This document shows positions 9,530 through 19,686 of a stretch of DNA of 57,964 nt, piece after piece. This DNA comes from Amphritea sp. (lineage in GTDB: Bacteria; Pseudomonadota; Gammaproteobacteria; Pseudomonadales; Balneatricaceae), in contig JAIBCZ010000001.1 in assembly GCA_024679645.1 (NCBI GenBank), positions 1 to 57,964 of the forward strand, written 5' to 3'. Both the position numbers and the translations under genes were made by a program. Every line of letters starts with the position of its first letter. Positions within the stretch are counted from its first letter, which is position 1. The notes under the pieces are model-generated. The model saw only the letters and a list, made by a program, of their open reading frames with translations. It was not told the DNA's origin and did no database searches.

Positions 9530-11257
9530 TTAAATACTCACAAATGACACAGCAGGCATAGGACGCTCCGCTATGTGCAGTAATTCAGGTGACCCTGATG
9601 GACATTTCTCCTTTGACTCCAGAAGAGGGATAGAGCTGATCAGCTTCTGAGTATAAGCTTGCTGCGGATCAAGAAATATTTGCCGTACGGTACCCTGCTC
9701 CACCAGCTCACCCTGTTTCATAACACAGACCCAGTCACACAGGTTAGCGATCACACTCAAGTCATGGGAGATAAACAGAATCGTCAGTCCCAGCTCTTCT
9801 TTCAGTTCCTTTAATAGCGTTAAAATTTCCGCCTGAATCGACACATCCAGAGCCGCCACAGATTCATCGGCAACAATAAATTTAGGACGACACACCAGTG
9901 CCCTCGCTATACTGATTCGCTGTCGCTGACCACCGGAAAAAGCATGGGGAAAACGCCGCAGGTGTTCTACTTCGATATGACAGCGTCGGGCCACTTCGAT
10001 TACCCGGGCATCGGTTTCTGCACGGCTTTTAGTCAGTTTCATCGCCTCCAGCGGCTCGGCAATAATATCCCGTACCGTCATCCGTGGGTTAAGTGAGCTA
10101 TATGGGTCCTGAAACACTAGTTGCGCAGTCCTGGCCAGCCGCTTTCGCTTTATCGCTTTTTCAGCACCAAACTTCACTTTCTTTTTAGTACGGTGGTACT
10201 CAACCGTGCCCGAACTGATAGGCGCGGCCCCCAGCATCGCTTTACCCAACGAGGTCTTACCCGAGCCACTTTCACCCACCAAACCGATAATCTGACCTTC
10301 CGGTAGATCAAGACTGATATTATTTACCGCTGTGAACTGTTCCGCCTTACGCCCCTTGCCGGACACCGGATAACTGATCGACAGATTTTCTATCGACAAT
10401 AGCGGCGCCGGGGTATGGACCGGCGCTTCAGGCAAGTTATCCAGATGTGGCAGTGCATCCAGTAACCGTTGGGTATACCGGTGTTGCGGTTGAAATAACA
10501 CCTGTTCAGCACTGCCCGCTTCAACCACTTTACCCCGTTGCATCACCGTGACATTGTCTGCAATTTTGGAGACAACTCCCAGATCATGAGTAATAAACAA
10601 CATCGCCATGCCCAGCTGCTCCCGTAACTCCAGCATCAGATCCAGAACCTGGGCCTGAATAGTCACATCCAGTGCGGTGGTAGGTTCATCCGCAATCAAC
10701 AGTTTCGGCTTAGTCGACAATGCCATCGCGATCATCGCCCGCTGACGCATCCCTCCTGACAATTCAAATACGTATTGATCAAAACGTTTTTCAGGGGCGA
10801 CAATGCCCACCCGCTCAAACAATTCAATACCGGCACGGCGGGCCTGATCTTTGTCATAACCCAGATGGATCTGCATCGTTTGAATGATCTGATCACTGAT
10901 TCTGATCGCCGGAGCAAAACTAGCCATCGGTTCCTGAAAAATCATTGATACCGCATCACCCCGCACCAATCTCAGATCACGACCCCGCAGTTTGAGAATA
11001 TTGACCGCCTGATCATGATAATTCAGGGTCATCCGACTGGGGGACTGAATAATCGCATTACCCGGAGCCAATCGCATGATGCTCTTGGCGGTGACTGACT
11101 TGCCGGAACCGCTCTCCCCCACCAGCCCCATGACCTCACCGGGGCGAATACTGAGATTCAGGTTGTCCACAGCCCGTACAATCCCTTCATCGGTATTAAA
11201 ATCAATGCTCAGATCACGAATCTCAAGCAGGTTTTCAGGGATATTATGATTAATCAT
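9530..11257 (-). CDS. Fused double ABC ATPase (OppD/OppF-type)
   Basis: Two Walker A motifs (GESGSGKS/T), LSGGMRQR and FSGGQRQR signatures; start moved to MINHN just after the permease stop. Confidence 0.93.
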   Translation of the reverse strand: MINHNIPENLLEIRDLSIDFNTDEGIVRAVDNLNLSIRPGEVMGLVGESGSGKSVTAKSIMRLAPGNAIIQSPSRMTLNYHDQAVNILKLRGRDLRLVRGDAVSMIFQEPMASFAPAIRISDQIIQTMQIHLGYDKDQARRAGIELFERVGIVAPEKRFDQYVFELSGGMRQRAMIAMALSTKPKLLIADEPTTALDVTIQAQVLDLMLELREQLGMAMLFITHDLGVVSKIADNVTVMQRGKVVEAGSAEQVLFQPQHRYTQRLLDALPHLDNLPEAPVHTPAPLLSIENLSISYPVSGKGRKAEQFTAVNNISLDLPEGQIIGLVGESGSGKTSLGKAMLGAAPISSGTVEYHRTKKKVKFGAEKAIKRKRLARTAQLVFQDPYSSLNPRMTVRDIIAEPLEAMKLTKSRAETDARVIEVARRCHIEVEHLRRFPHAFSGGQRQRISIARALVCRPKFIVADESVAALDVSIQAEILTLLKELKEELGLTILFISHDLSVIANLCDWVCVMKQGELVEQGTVRQIFLDPQQAYTQKLISSIPLLESKEKCPSGSPELLHIAERPMPAVSFVSI

Positions 11258-11258
11258 C

Positions 11259-12509
11259 CTACTTTTTCTCCGAATAAGGGTCAGCGGCATCACGCAACGC
11301 ATCACCCACAAACACAAACGCCATGATCAGAAAGACAAACACCAAGACCGGGAAGAACTGCCAGATCATATTCTGTTGAATATCCGGGTCCTGGGCTTTC
11401 TGTAACAACACTCCCAGGCTGTTAACCGGCTCTGTCAGCCCCAGACCAAGAAAGCTAAGACTGGTTTCCGCCAGAATCACATAAGGAAAATTGATCAGCG
11501 TATCAACGATGATATAGCTGGTAAAACTAGGGATCAGATGACGCCAGATAACCCGCCAGGTGCTTGAACCACAGAGCTGTGCCGCCAGTACATAATCCTG
11601 ATTCCGTTCGGTCAGAATATGAGTCCGTAAACGCCGCCCCAGCGTGGCAAAGTCCAGTGCGCCAATCACCACAGCGATAGCGAAATAACGCTGCACCGGG
11701 GTCAGATCGATCTGCGCTAATGCCACCGCACAAGCAAGGTAGATCGGAATCGGCGGTATCACCCGCACCGCTTCGGTAATACTCATCATGATGGTGTCGA
11801 CCCGGCCTCCGAAATAACCACTCACACCACCGACAAACAACGAAACAATTAATTTAACCGCCAACGCAACAATAGCGATACTGATGGTGACCCAGATAGC
11901 GTGCAGGGTGCGACTAAAAATGTCCTTCCCATCTTCATCGGTGCCCATCAGATGAATCTGCCCCCGCTCAATACCGAACAGGTGCCGATCCCAGCGAATA
12001 TCCAGATCAAGCCCAGCCATACTCAGGTCTATCAGACTGTATTCCCAGCCCTGCACAAAAAACTGGAGATAGCGACGCTGTTGTTCATCTACCACAAACT
12101 TATTCTGACTAGAGGAACTCAGCGCACCACTCGAGGTAAAGGCATCCAGCGCATCAAGCCCGCCACTCGCCAGCGCACTCATATCAATTTTATGCTTTGC
12201 TTTGGTATAGGTGTAACTGAAAGGCCGGAGAGAGAAACCACTCTCATCCCAAAAATATACCGCCTGAGGAGCTCCCCGGCGATACTCTGCATCAGCCCCA
12301 CGAATAGTCGGGTCGACGGGAGAAAAGAAAGGCGCAAAGAAGCCCATCAACACCAATGTGCCGAGTATCCAGGCAGCCACCACACCGGAGGTCTTCCGCT
12401 TGAACCGCGCCTTGATCAGCGATAACTGACCCGCCGTGTAATAGGACTCATCATTTTTTTGCAACTTCGGTTTGCGCCCGAAGCGAGCTAATAGTGCATT
12501 CATCATCAA
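11259..12509 (-). CDS. ABC transporter permease (OppC/DppC-like)
   Basis: HLMGTDEDGKDIFSR, EAA-like YVLAAQLCG, ILAETSLSFLGLG. Confidence 0.92.
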   Translation of the reverse strand: MMMNALLARFGRKPKLQKNDESYYTAGQLSLIKARFKRKTSGVVAAWILGTLVLMGFFAPFFSPVDPTIRGADAEYRRGAPQAVYFWDESGFSLRPFSYTYTKAKHKIDMSALASGGLDALDAFTSSGALSSSSQNKFVVDEQQRRYLQFFVQGWEYSLIDLSMAGLDLDIRWDRHLFGIERGQIHLMGTDEDGKDIFSRTLHAIWVTISIAIVALAVKLIVSLFVGGVSGYFGGRVDTIMMSITEAVRVIPPIPIYLACAVALAQIDLTPVQRYFAIAVVIGALDFATLGRRLRTHILTERNQDYVLAAQLCGSSTWRVIWRHLIPSFTSYIIVDTLINFPYVILAETSLSFLGLGLTEPVNSLGVLLQKAQDPDIQQNMIWQFFPVLVFVFLIMAFVFVGDALRDAADPYSEKK

Positions 12510-13690
12510 TTCCCCAATACACTCTTACGTACCCGCGGATCGATCGCTGCGAGCACCACATCGGTAATAAAATTCATACCGATCACCACCAGCGCCACCA
12601 GAAACAAAATACCGGCCGCCAGTTCCTGATCGTTGGTCATCGAGAGCGCTTCGATCAATAGCGCAGCGGAGTCGGTCAGGCCGATCACTACCGCCACAAT
12701 TGGCAGATCATTAAACACCCGTTGAAAGTCAAAGCCGATCGAGTTAAACAACGGACTGATCGAGTGACGTACGGGGTACCCCGCCCACAGAGCGACCCCA
12801 TCGACGCCCCGGGCACGGGCGGCATCGACATAGAGTTTGTTCGATTCATCCACCACTAGCGCCCGCACTGTCTGCAACTGCAACGCCGTCGCTGACCAAC
12901 CGATAACAAAGATCGGCAACCAGATGTGACCCAGGAAGTCATACAGTTTTTCAGTTTCGAAACCCTGATCACCGAACCAGGGAACGTTGCGCCATTGCTC
13001 CGAAAATAAACCGGTAGGCATCGCTTCACCGGCAAACACATAAAGCAAAATAATGGTTAGCGCTAACAGGAAGTTCGGTAGTGCCAGACCCAGATAACTA
13101 ATCACCCGTAGCAACAAATCCAGTACTTTCTGCAGACTCAGCATCAGCGTGCCGACCAGCTGTTCCGTTTTACTGTGTTGCGGATTGTTATCTGTCCAGG
13201 GCTTGTTAATCGTGAACGCAGACAAAATACCGAAGGGCACCGCGATCAGATAAGCAAACACCAGACCTGCGATACAGAACATAAAGCTCATCCAGAACCG
13301 ATCGCCCAGAGCCAGGTTAACAGATTGACGTTTAGCACAGCTGAACCCCAGATCACCCCGAAGGGTAAGATTGGTCACCCAGCGCCCCCAGCGTTCAGGC
13401 AACGATTTATCTAATCCCATCCGTACCCGCTCAGCCTGGATATCCGCCTGAGTAATCATTTCACCCTGAGTATTCTTGTAAGCGATATACTTCTCAGCAC
13501 AATCACCCGGCAATACCTCCATCAGGGCGAAGACAATGCCACTCACCAGCAGCAAGGTTGCCAGTGCCAGTAAAAAACGATTGAGCACATAGCTAAAATA
13601 CTGGCTATCCCGGGCACTCCACCAAAGCAGGCCCGCAATGCTAAGAAGAACCCACAACAACCAGGTATCAGATAAAAATTGAGAGATCAC
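12506..13690 (-). CDS. ABC transporter permease (OppB/DppB-like)
   Basis: LPGD, GLDKSL, GDLGFS, YVDAARARG, IDPRVR; GTG start. Confidence 0.92.
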   Translation of the reverse strand: MISQFLSDTWLLWVLLSIAGLLWWSARDSQYFSYVLNRFLLALATLLLVSGIVFALMEVLPGDCAEKYIAYKNTQGEMITQADIQAERVRMGLDKSLPERWGRWVTNLTLRGDLGFSCAKRQSVNLALGDRFWMSFMFCIAGLVFAYLIAVPFGILSAFTINKPWTDNNPQHSKTEQLVGTLMLSLQKVLDLLLRVISYLGLALPNFLLALTIILLYVFAGEAMPTGLFSEQWRNVPWFGDQGFETEKLYDFLGHIWLPIFVIGWSATALQLQTVRALVVDESNKLYVDAARARGVDGVALWAGYPVRHSISPLFNSIGFDFQRVFNDLPIVAVVIGLTDSAALLIEALSMTNDQELAAGILFLVALVVIGMNFITDVVLAAIDPRVRKSVLGN

Positions 13691-13734
13691 GATAGAACTC
13701 CGTACTAAACAGATTTAATCAACAAGCATTTCGG

Positions 13735-13778
13735 GTTTACTAAGCCAATTTCCAGCCCTGAAAATTGGCTTAGTAAAC
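13735..13778. repeat. Perfect 17-bp inverted repeat inside the ABC operon
   Basis: GTTTACTAAGCCAATTT-N10-AAATTGGCTTAGTAAAC. Confidence 0.9.
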
Positions 13779-13798
13779 GGCGACTCCTGATGAACAAC

Positions 13799-13826
13799 AA
13801 AAAGGGAGAGGCGACGCCCCTCCCTT
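13799..13826 (-). terminator. Terminator/stabiliser hairpin after the binding-protein gene
   Basis: AAGGGAG-a-GGC-gac-GCC-c-CTCCCTT; T-run follows on the minus strand. Confidence 0.65.
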
Positions 13827-13841
13827 ACACGCTTTCTCGGG

Positions 13842-15899
13842 TTATTGCTTAGCCATACCTTCGTTACTCAGATACCACTGAGACGGCAGGTACGGATACA
13901 TGCGATAGAATTCATAAGAAGAGGTCTTTGGCACTTCGAAGTTTGTCAGCGCCTTATTACGATAGACTGGCGAAACCGCCTTCACAGTACCCAGGATAAA
14001 CAGGTCATCGATCACTTTCTCCGCGATCTGCAGGCCCAGTTTATTAGAGGCCTCTGTACCCGCCTTCAGGGTAACGAAGCGATCCGTCAGTTTTTTCATC
14101 TCAGCAACAGTGGCTGGCGGTGCAACACCCTCAGCCCCATTCGTTTCCAGATACTGCGACCAGAGCATACCGGTACGCAGATCAAAGAAACTGCCATAGG
14201 GTGGTACAAGGATTTCAGTATTGCCTGCAATATTGGCTAATGGACGTCCCATCACCCAACTCAAAACGCTCAGATCATTGGCGGTCTGAGAGTTACGGTA
14301 CTCATCAGAGGTCACTTCTTTAATGGTGGTTTTCACCCCCACATCACTCCAGCTTTTAGCCACGATCTCGACCACTTCAGACGGCGTTCCCTGAGTCGCA
14401 TACTGAATATTCAACTCAAATTTTTTGCCGGAGGGCAGATCACGCAGACCGTCATTGTTTTTATCCACAACACCGGCTTTATCCAGCAGTTCTTCAGCCA
14501 GTTTCGGATCAAACTGCACCCAGCTGCTTTTCAGCTTATCAGTGATAAAGGGAGTCGTATCGCCATCAAAACCGGTGTACTGAGTCGGTGTACCCAAACC
14601 AAAGTAAGCGATCTCATTAATCTGATCACGATTCATGGCAACTGACATCGCACGACGGAAGTTTACGTCATTGAAAACCGCCCGCTTCTCAACATCCTTA
14701 TCGGTCAGATTAAATGCGAAAGTAGTCTGAGAGATAGTCGGCCGCAGGGCGATTTCATACTGACCCTGCGCTTTGTTTTCCAACAGGACCGGTGCCTGTG
14801 GCAGATTAACCGCCTGCGCTTTATAGTCCACTTCACCGGAGATCAGCTTAGCCGTCTGAATATCTTCATCGCCGATAAAGACTTCGTTTATTTCGTTGAT
14901 ATAAGGCAGCTGATTACCGGCAGTGTCTACCTGGAAGAAGTACGGGTTCGCTACCAAGTGACGACCCTCTAACGTCTCTTCAACCACCAGATGGGATTCC
15001 AGAGTCGGCATAATAGCGGTAAAACCTGCCTTAACCAGGCGATCAGATGCCGCTTTATCTTTCAGTAAAGGGGTGGGAATATCTTTCCAGTCAGACTGCC
15101 CATAATAGAAATTGACCAGCGCATAACCGTTATCGAAGCCCAGTGATGCTGCTAATTGATCAGCATCTTTATTAAATTCCGGGTGAAACTGCGCTAACAG
15201 GTGTTTAGGCAGAAATGGCTGCGCGTAATCCTGTGCAAAGTTATCCAGGAAGCCCGGCGCAGACTCGTTCATGCTGAACTGAACCGTAGTCGAATCCAGC
15301 GCTTTAACATTAGCTGCTTTACCGGCAGAGAGGAACCGCGCCTTAGGCTTCTCAATAACATTACTGTTCATCAGAATATTGTTATACCAAAACACCACAT
15401 CTGCTGCGGTGAAAGGCGCACCGTCAGACCACTTGTGGCCTTCGCGCAGTTGTACCTTCAGTACAGTAAAATCGGCATTCCACTCCCAGGATTTCGCAAC
15501 GTTAGGCACCACAGTCGCCAGATCATCGCTGAAGCGCACCAGGTTTACATGACGAACTGATAGCAGATCTGAGGTACCTGACTCGGTCGCTTTAGAGATA
15601 CCATCCAATACACCCCCGTACTGGCCGATGCTCTGGTAAGGCGCGATCACCAGAGGCTCATGCGGCAAACGCTGAGACAGAGGCAGCAGTGCAGGATTAC
15701 CGCCAATACGGCTGTTCAACTCACTGATTGCCGGATTTTCACTAAAACTCAGAGTGCAGCCCTGAGTTTTTTCGAATTCTGCTTTCTCAAACAGGTGTGG
15801 ATATTGCCCACCCGCTTCAGGTCCGGTAACGGTCGGGCATGCAGCCAGTACGTTACCCGCCATCAGTGCCATAGCACCTGCGATGAAAAGTTTAGACAT
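13842..15899 (-). CDS. ABC substrate-binding protein, family 5
   Basis: VPNVAKSWEWN, LREGHKWSDGAPFTAADVVF, NPYFFQVDTAGNQLPYI; signal peptide from MSKLF; RBS AGGAG. Confidence 0.92.
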   Translation of the reverse strand: MSKLFIAGAMALMAGNVLAACPTVTGPEAGGQYPHLFEKAEFEKTQGCTLSFSENPAISELNSRIGGNPALLPLSQRLPHEPLVIAPYQSIGQYGGVLDGISKATESGTSDLLSVRHVNLVRFSDDLATVVPNVAKSWEWNADFTVLKVQLREGHKWSDGAPFTAADVVFWYNNILMNSNVIEKPKARFLSAGKAANVKALDSTTVQFSMNESAPGFLDNFAQDYAQPFLPKHLLAQFHPEFNKDADQLAASLGFDNGYALVNFYYGQSDWKDIPTPLLKDKAASDRLVKAGFTAIMPTLESHLVVEETLEGRHLVANPYFFQVDTAGNQLPYINEINEVFIGDEDIQTAKLISGEVDYKAQAVNLPQAPVLLENKAQGQYEIALRPTISQTTFAFNLTDKDVEKRAVFNDVNFRRAMSVAMNRDQINEIAYFGLGTPTQYTGFDGDTTPFITDKLKSSWVQFDPKLAEELLDKAGVVDKNNDGLRDLPSGKKFELNIQYATQGTPSEVVEIVAKSWSDVGVKTTIKEVTSDEYRNSQTANDLSVLSWVMGRPLANIAGNTEILVPPYGSFFDLRTGMLWSQYLETNGAEGVAPPATVAEMKKLTDRFVTLKAGTEASNKLGLQIAEKVIDDLFILGTVKAVSPVYRNKALTNFEVPKTSSYEFYRMYPYLPSQWYLSNEGMAKQ

Positions 15900-16617
15900 G
15901 GTTTTGCTCCTGTCGTGTTTTAGGTTGTTCGTGGGTTTGAGTGGATAAAACATTGTTTAAATCTGGCGCAGTCCAGTTCAACACTGGCCAGTGACGCTGA
16001 AGGGCGATTGCCAACAGCTGGCGATCGGGGTTAGCGACCACTGGGTTTTCAACCTGCTCCAATAGCGGCAGATCATTAATGGAATCACTGTAAAACAGAG
16101 CGCCACTCATCGATTCCTGCTGCGCCTCCAGCCATTGCTCTAAGCGGGCCACTTTGCCATCTCGAAAAGTCGGTATCCCTTCTATTTCACCGTTATAGCC
16201 GTTGCCTTCTACCTGTAACTGAATTGCCAGTACATCACTGACCCCCAGTTGTTCGGCAATCGCGGTAACGATAAATTCAGCGGTGGCCGAGATAATCAGC
16301 GGCCGCACCCCTTGCTGCTGATAATCGGCCAGCAACTGCAATGCCTCGGGGTAAAAACGTGGCGTAATATAGCGCTCTATAAACCGGGGCATTAGTGCCC
16401 CAACCTCAGCCACTGACAGCGGTTTAAGTGGTTCCATCAGGAACTGGATATAGTCACTTAACACCAGAGTCTGAGCGTGGTAACGCGCCATCATCAACGC
16501 GTCTTGCTGTAGAAATCCTGTAGGTGCTATCCCCTCCTCTTCCAGAAATTGACAGAACAGCGTGCAGCTGTCCCCCGCCAACAGGGTTTCATCCAGATCA
16601 AAGATAACCAGGGTCAT
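15892..16617 (-). CDS. HAD-IB family hydrolase (SerB-like phosphatase)
   Basis: FDLDETL, ISAT, GK, YSDSINDLPLL motifs. Confidence 0.9.
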   Translation of the reverse strand: MTLVIFDLDETLLAGDSCTLFCQFLEEEGIAPTGFLQQDALMMARYHAQTLVLSDYIQFLMEPLKPLSVAEVGALMPRFIERYITPRFYPEALQLLADYQQQGVRPLIISATAEFIVTAIAEQLGVSDVLAIQLQVEGNGYNGEIEGIPTFRDGKVARLEQWLEAQQESMSGALFYSDSINDLPLLEQVENPVVANPDRQLLAIALQRHWPVLNWTAPDLNNVLSTQTHEQPKTRQEQNHV

Positions 16618-17453
16618 CGGTAATCCCTCTCACGAAACAACCCCTCTATCAGCAGCGAAGAGGCCAGCGGTTTATTGTGATCCTGCAGACCCAATAATTC
16701 ACACACAGTGCCGCACAACTCCAACTGACGCGGTGCAGCTTTAGTATCATGGGAGAAACATTCACCTATCACATAGAGCGGCACTTCACGCTCTTCCGGT
16801 AGCGTCCCCCCATGGCTATTATCGCGGTTCATTCCGTGATCAGCGGTGACCATGATTTGATACCCGGCCTGCATCCATTGGATCAGATATTCAGACAAGT
16901 GGGTGTCGCTATGGCGGGCTGTATTACGGTAGTGAGCACTATCTAACCCAGCCCGATGCCCGGCATCATCAATATTCATCGGATGCACTAGCAAAAAGTC
17001 AGGGTCATGCTGGCGGCGTAGCCATTCAGCATCCAGATAGAGATGACTGTCCGGGTAACTGTCCTGATGATAAAAAAGACCATGTTGAATAAGTTGTTCA
17101 GGATCATTGGTAAAACGATCCCTTACAGCATCGTAAGGGCTGCGATTATAAAGCTCGCTAAACCAGTGATATGCCGCTGCCGCCGTGGTCAATCCCGCCC
17201 GGCGGGCCAGGCTGAAAACACTCTTCTGATCGGAATTGCGAATAATATGATTGTGGACAATCCCACTATGAACCGGTGCGATACCGGTCAGAATCGCCTC
17301 GTACAAGGGCCGAGACATCGACGGTAGCTCAGACTGCACTTTGTACAAAGTCGCTTTGCCCTGCTCAGTCAGCCCTTGTAAAAATCCCATACACTGCTGT
17401 GCCGTCTCATACGCCAGACCATCCAACACGACCAGTATTACTTTATTCGACAT
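16614..17453 (-). CDS. Alkaline phosphatase superfamily protein (NPP/phosphonoacetate-hydrolase-like fold)
   Basis: VVLDGL, PSMSRP nucleophile loop, DDAGH, TADHG, H in SHGG; ATGA overlap with the HAD gene. Confidence 0.85.
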   Translation of the reverse strand: MSNKVILVVLDGLAYETAQQCMGFLQGLTEQGKATLYKVQSELPSMSRPLYEAILTGIAPVHSGIVHNHIIRNSDQKSVFSLARRAGLTTAAAAYHWFSELYNRSPYDAVRDRFTNDPEQLIQHGLFYHQDSYPDSHLYLDAEWLRRQHDPDFLLVHPMNIDDAGHRAGLDSAHYRNTARHSDTHLSEYLIQWMQAGYQIMVTADHGMNRDNSHGGTLPEEREVPLYVIGECFSHDTKAAPRQLELCGTVCELLGLQDHNKPLASSLLIEGLFRERDYR

Positions 17454-17491
17454 AACTTCAGCTAGCCCCTAAATTCCATTCATGGCGCAGA

Positions 17492-17547
17492 AGATTACCG
17501 GGGAAATATGACTATCCGGGGACAAGCAAAAGGTATTTTTATTACAA
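17492..17547 (-). promoter_or_regulatory. Candidate Pho-box promoter of the ABC operon
   Basis: Heptamers TTGTAAT, TTGTCCC and TAGTCAT on an 11-bp phase (one poor unit between the first two), then 10 bp, then TAATCT. Confidence 0.5.
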
Positions 17548-17819
17548 GCCGACACAAATGCTTGTCAACCAAACTTTTAGTTATGGCTTGTCATCGCATA
17601 AAAACCTACGGCGGGAAATACTCAACGCTCATTTCCCTGTGAATAACCGCAGCAGCTTGGCTCTGAACCTCTTTAAACGAACTTAATAACGGCTAAGAGC
17701 AGACAGACTTGCTATTGGTATAACACCGAAAAGTGATACATTATCAATTAGATATGGGCTCAAGATCACCCGCTTATCCAATTCATCCGAGTATCAATTA
17801 ACTGTCAAATATCGAGGTA

Positions 17820-18212
17820 ATGATGATCACAGGAAGCTGTCTTTGCGGAAATGTGACATACACCATTTCTGGCACTGTGGGGGATATCGTTCACTGCCAC
17901 TGTACTACCTGCAGGAAGGCACATGGTTCAGCCTTTTCGAGTGTCGCTGCAGTTGCAGATGCGCATTTTAATCTGTCCGATACTGAACAGCTGAAATCGT
18001 TCGAATCTTCGAAGGGAAAAAAACGGTATTTTTGTGCTAACTGCGGAACCCAAGTCTATGCAAAAAGAGAAAATACTGAGCATCTCATCTTGCGCCTGGG
18101 CTCTTTAGATGATGATCCGGAATCTTCAGAAAAGCAGCACATTTGGGTGTCTCAAAAAGCCCCCTGGTACTCGATAGATAACAATTTACCCGAGCATCAG
18201 GAATTTGAATAA
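17820..18212 (+). CDS. GFA/CENP-V family protein
   Basis: GSCLCG, CHCTTCRK, FCANCG Zn motifs. Confidence 0.9.
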   Translation: MMITGSCLCGNVTYTISGTVGDIVHCHCTTCRKAHGSAFSSVAAVADAHFNLSDTEQLKSFESSKGKKRYFCANCGTQVYAKRENTEHLILRLGSLDDDPESSEKQHIWVSQKAPWYSIDNNLPEHQEFE

Positions 18213-18406
18213 GGCTTTGTAGTGTCAGGATGATTACGCTCCACGGAAAGCATTTAATGAGCTAAGCTATTTATCCTTCTGTCCTTCGGTAAACAATCCT
18301 CCTTTTTTTATTACCTAAATGAACAATATACTCGGTCTTTTGTCCCAATAAGTATCCAAAGCACAATTTCAGTGTTGCCCTCTTACTTTAACGTTATGGA
18401 GTTTCT

Positions 18407-18781
18407 ATGCCCAAAACAAATAGCTTTTTAACGCTGATTACAGTTGTTTTGTTGACTCTCCCGATGTCGGCCTCAATACAAGCCGAATACAGCCTGATAC
18501 AAGGCGAAAAGTGGAAAGGGGTACAGGTAGGCAACAGCGCACCCCGATCGCTTGATCTGATCTGCAATGATTCAAACTGTTTACAAGTTCTTAATCAATA
18601 TCAGATACCTGCTGAACTTCAATCACTCGGCATCAGGAAACTGTCGTTGGAGACTTTAGCTGATATTAAAGGTGTTAGGGCTGAAGGGGATCGTATATTC
18701 CTGCCAGACAGTGTGGGGCGTCCTATATACAGGGTCAACGATCGCTTTTTCAGAGAGGGATTCGAACGGAAACACCGGTAG
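18407..18781 (+). CDS. Hypothetical secreted protein
   Basis: RBS GGAG, signal-peptide-like N-terminus, CNDSNC; no family recognised. Confidence 0.6.
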   Translation: MPKTNSFLTLITVVLLTLPMSASIQAEYSLIQGEKWKGVQVGNSAPRSLDLICNDSNCLQVLNQYQIPAELQSLGIRKLSLETLADIKGVRAEGDRIFLPDSVGRPIYRVNDRFFREGFERKHR

Positions 18782-18798
18782 CTGAACATAAAGTACAA

Positions 18799-19686
18799 TT
18801 AAGCCAGAGACACCAGAATTAACCCCACCAGCATCGCCAAGAGGCCCTGCAGCCCAGGAAAGCTCAACCGTTCACCTAACAGCAACACACCAATAATAAC
18901 CCCAAGCGGAATACTCACCTGCCGCAGGGCAACAACATAACTGACCTCGGCCACCAGAGACATACTGATCAGTACCAGCATATAGGTGCCGATGACGAAA
19001 CCACCGGCAATAACGCTCCAGCGCTTATCCGGCAGGTCCGTTAGCCGCTCTCTGAACACCAGCTTCAGCAATACCAGCATCCACAGCACCGTCGACACAG
19101 CCTGGAGTACTACAAAGCTGCTACCGGCCTGAAACGCAGTAAAGCCCTGCCCGGCCATCAGGCGAACCGCCAGACTGTCAATGACAGAATATCCGGCGGT
19201 GGCGCACGCAGCCAGGAGAATCCAGCCGATCGAGGGGCAGAGATAAGCGGAGAGCTGCCAGCGTCGCCACTTATTCAACGGCAGCGCTATCGCACCGGTT
19301 AGAATGAGTAACATGCCCAGTAAATCCCGACCGCTCAGCAAGCTTTCACCATAAACCATCAGCACTAACAACGGTACGATCAACACCGGTAACGCCCGCG
19401 CCAACGGGTAAACTAAACTAAGGTCAGCGCCCATGTAAGCCCGGGCCAGACCGATGAGATAAAGCGCCTGGCAGAGCCCTGAACCGATCAAAAGTAGCCA
19501 AAAGTCGTTTGGCAGCTTCAATAGCCGGGCACCACTCAGCAGTAAAAAGGGACTGAACAGTAATCCACCCGCAGCCATACTCCAGGCATAAAAAAGGATC
19601 GTCTGAGCGATCCTTTTACCGATAAGATTCCAGCCTACATGCAGTAGTGCTGAGACCAGAATCAAAACAAATGCAGTTAGGGTCAC
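18799..19686 (-). CDS. EamA/DMT membrane protein, phosphonate-utilisation associated
   Basis: SALLHVGWN, LSLVYPLAR, VSYVVALRQ; GTGA overlap with phnX. Confidence 0.88.
   Translation of the reverse strand: MTLTAFVLILVSALLHVGWNLIGKRIAQTILFYAWSMAAGGLLFSPFLLLSGARLLKLPNDFWLLLIGSGLCQALYLIGLARAYMGADLSLVYPLARALPVLIVPLLVLMVYGESLLSGRDLLGMLLILTGAIALPLNKWRRWQLSAYLCPSIGWILLAACATAGYSVIDSLAVRLMAGQGFTAFQAGSSFVVLQAVSTVLWMLVLLKLVFRERLTDLPDKRWSVIAGGFVIGTYMLVLISMSLVAEVSYVVALRQVSIPLGVIIGVLLLGERLSFPGLQGLLAMLVGLILVSLA

Noticed and set aside
15837-15899. Lipobox-like LAAC in the binding protein
   Set aside because: Equally compatible with signal peptidase I cleavage after VLA; cannot be decided by eye
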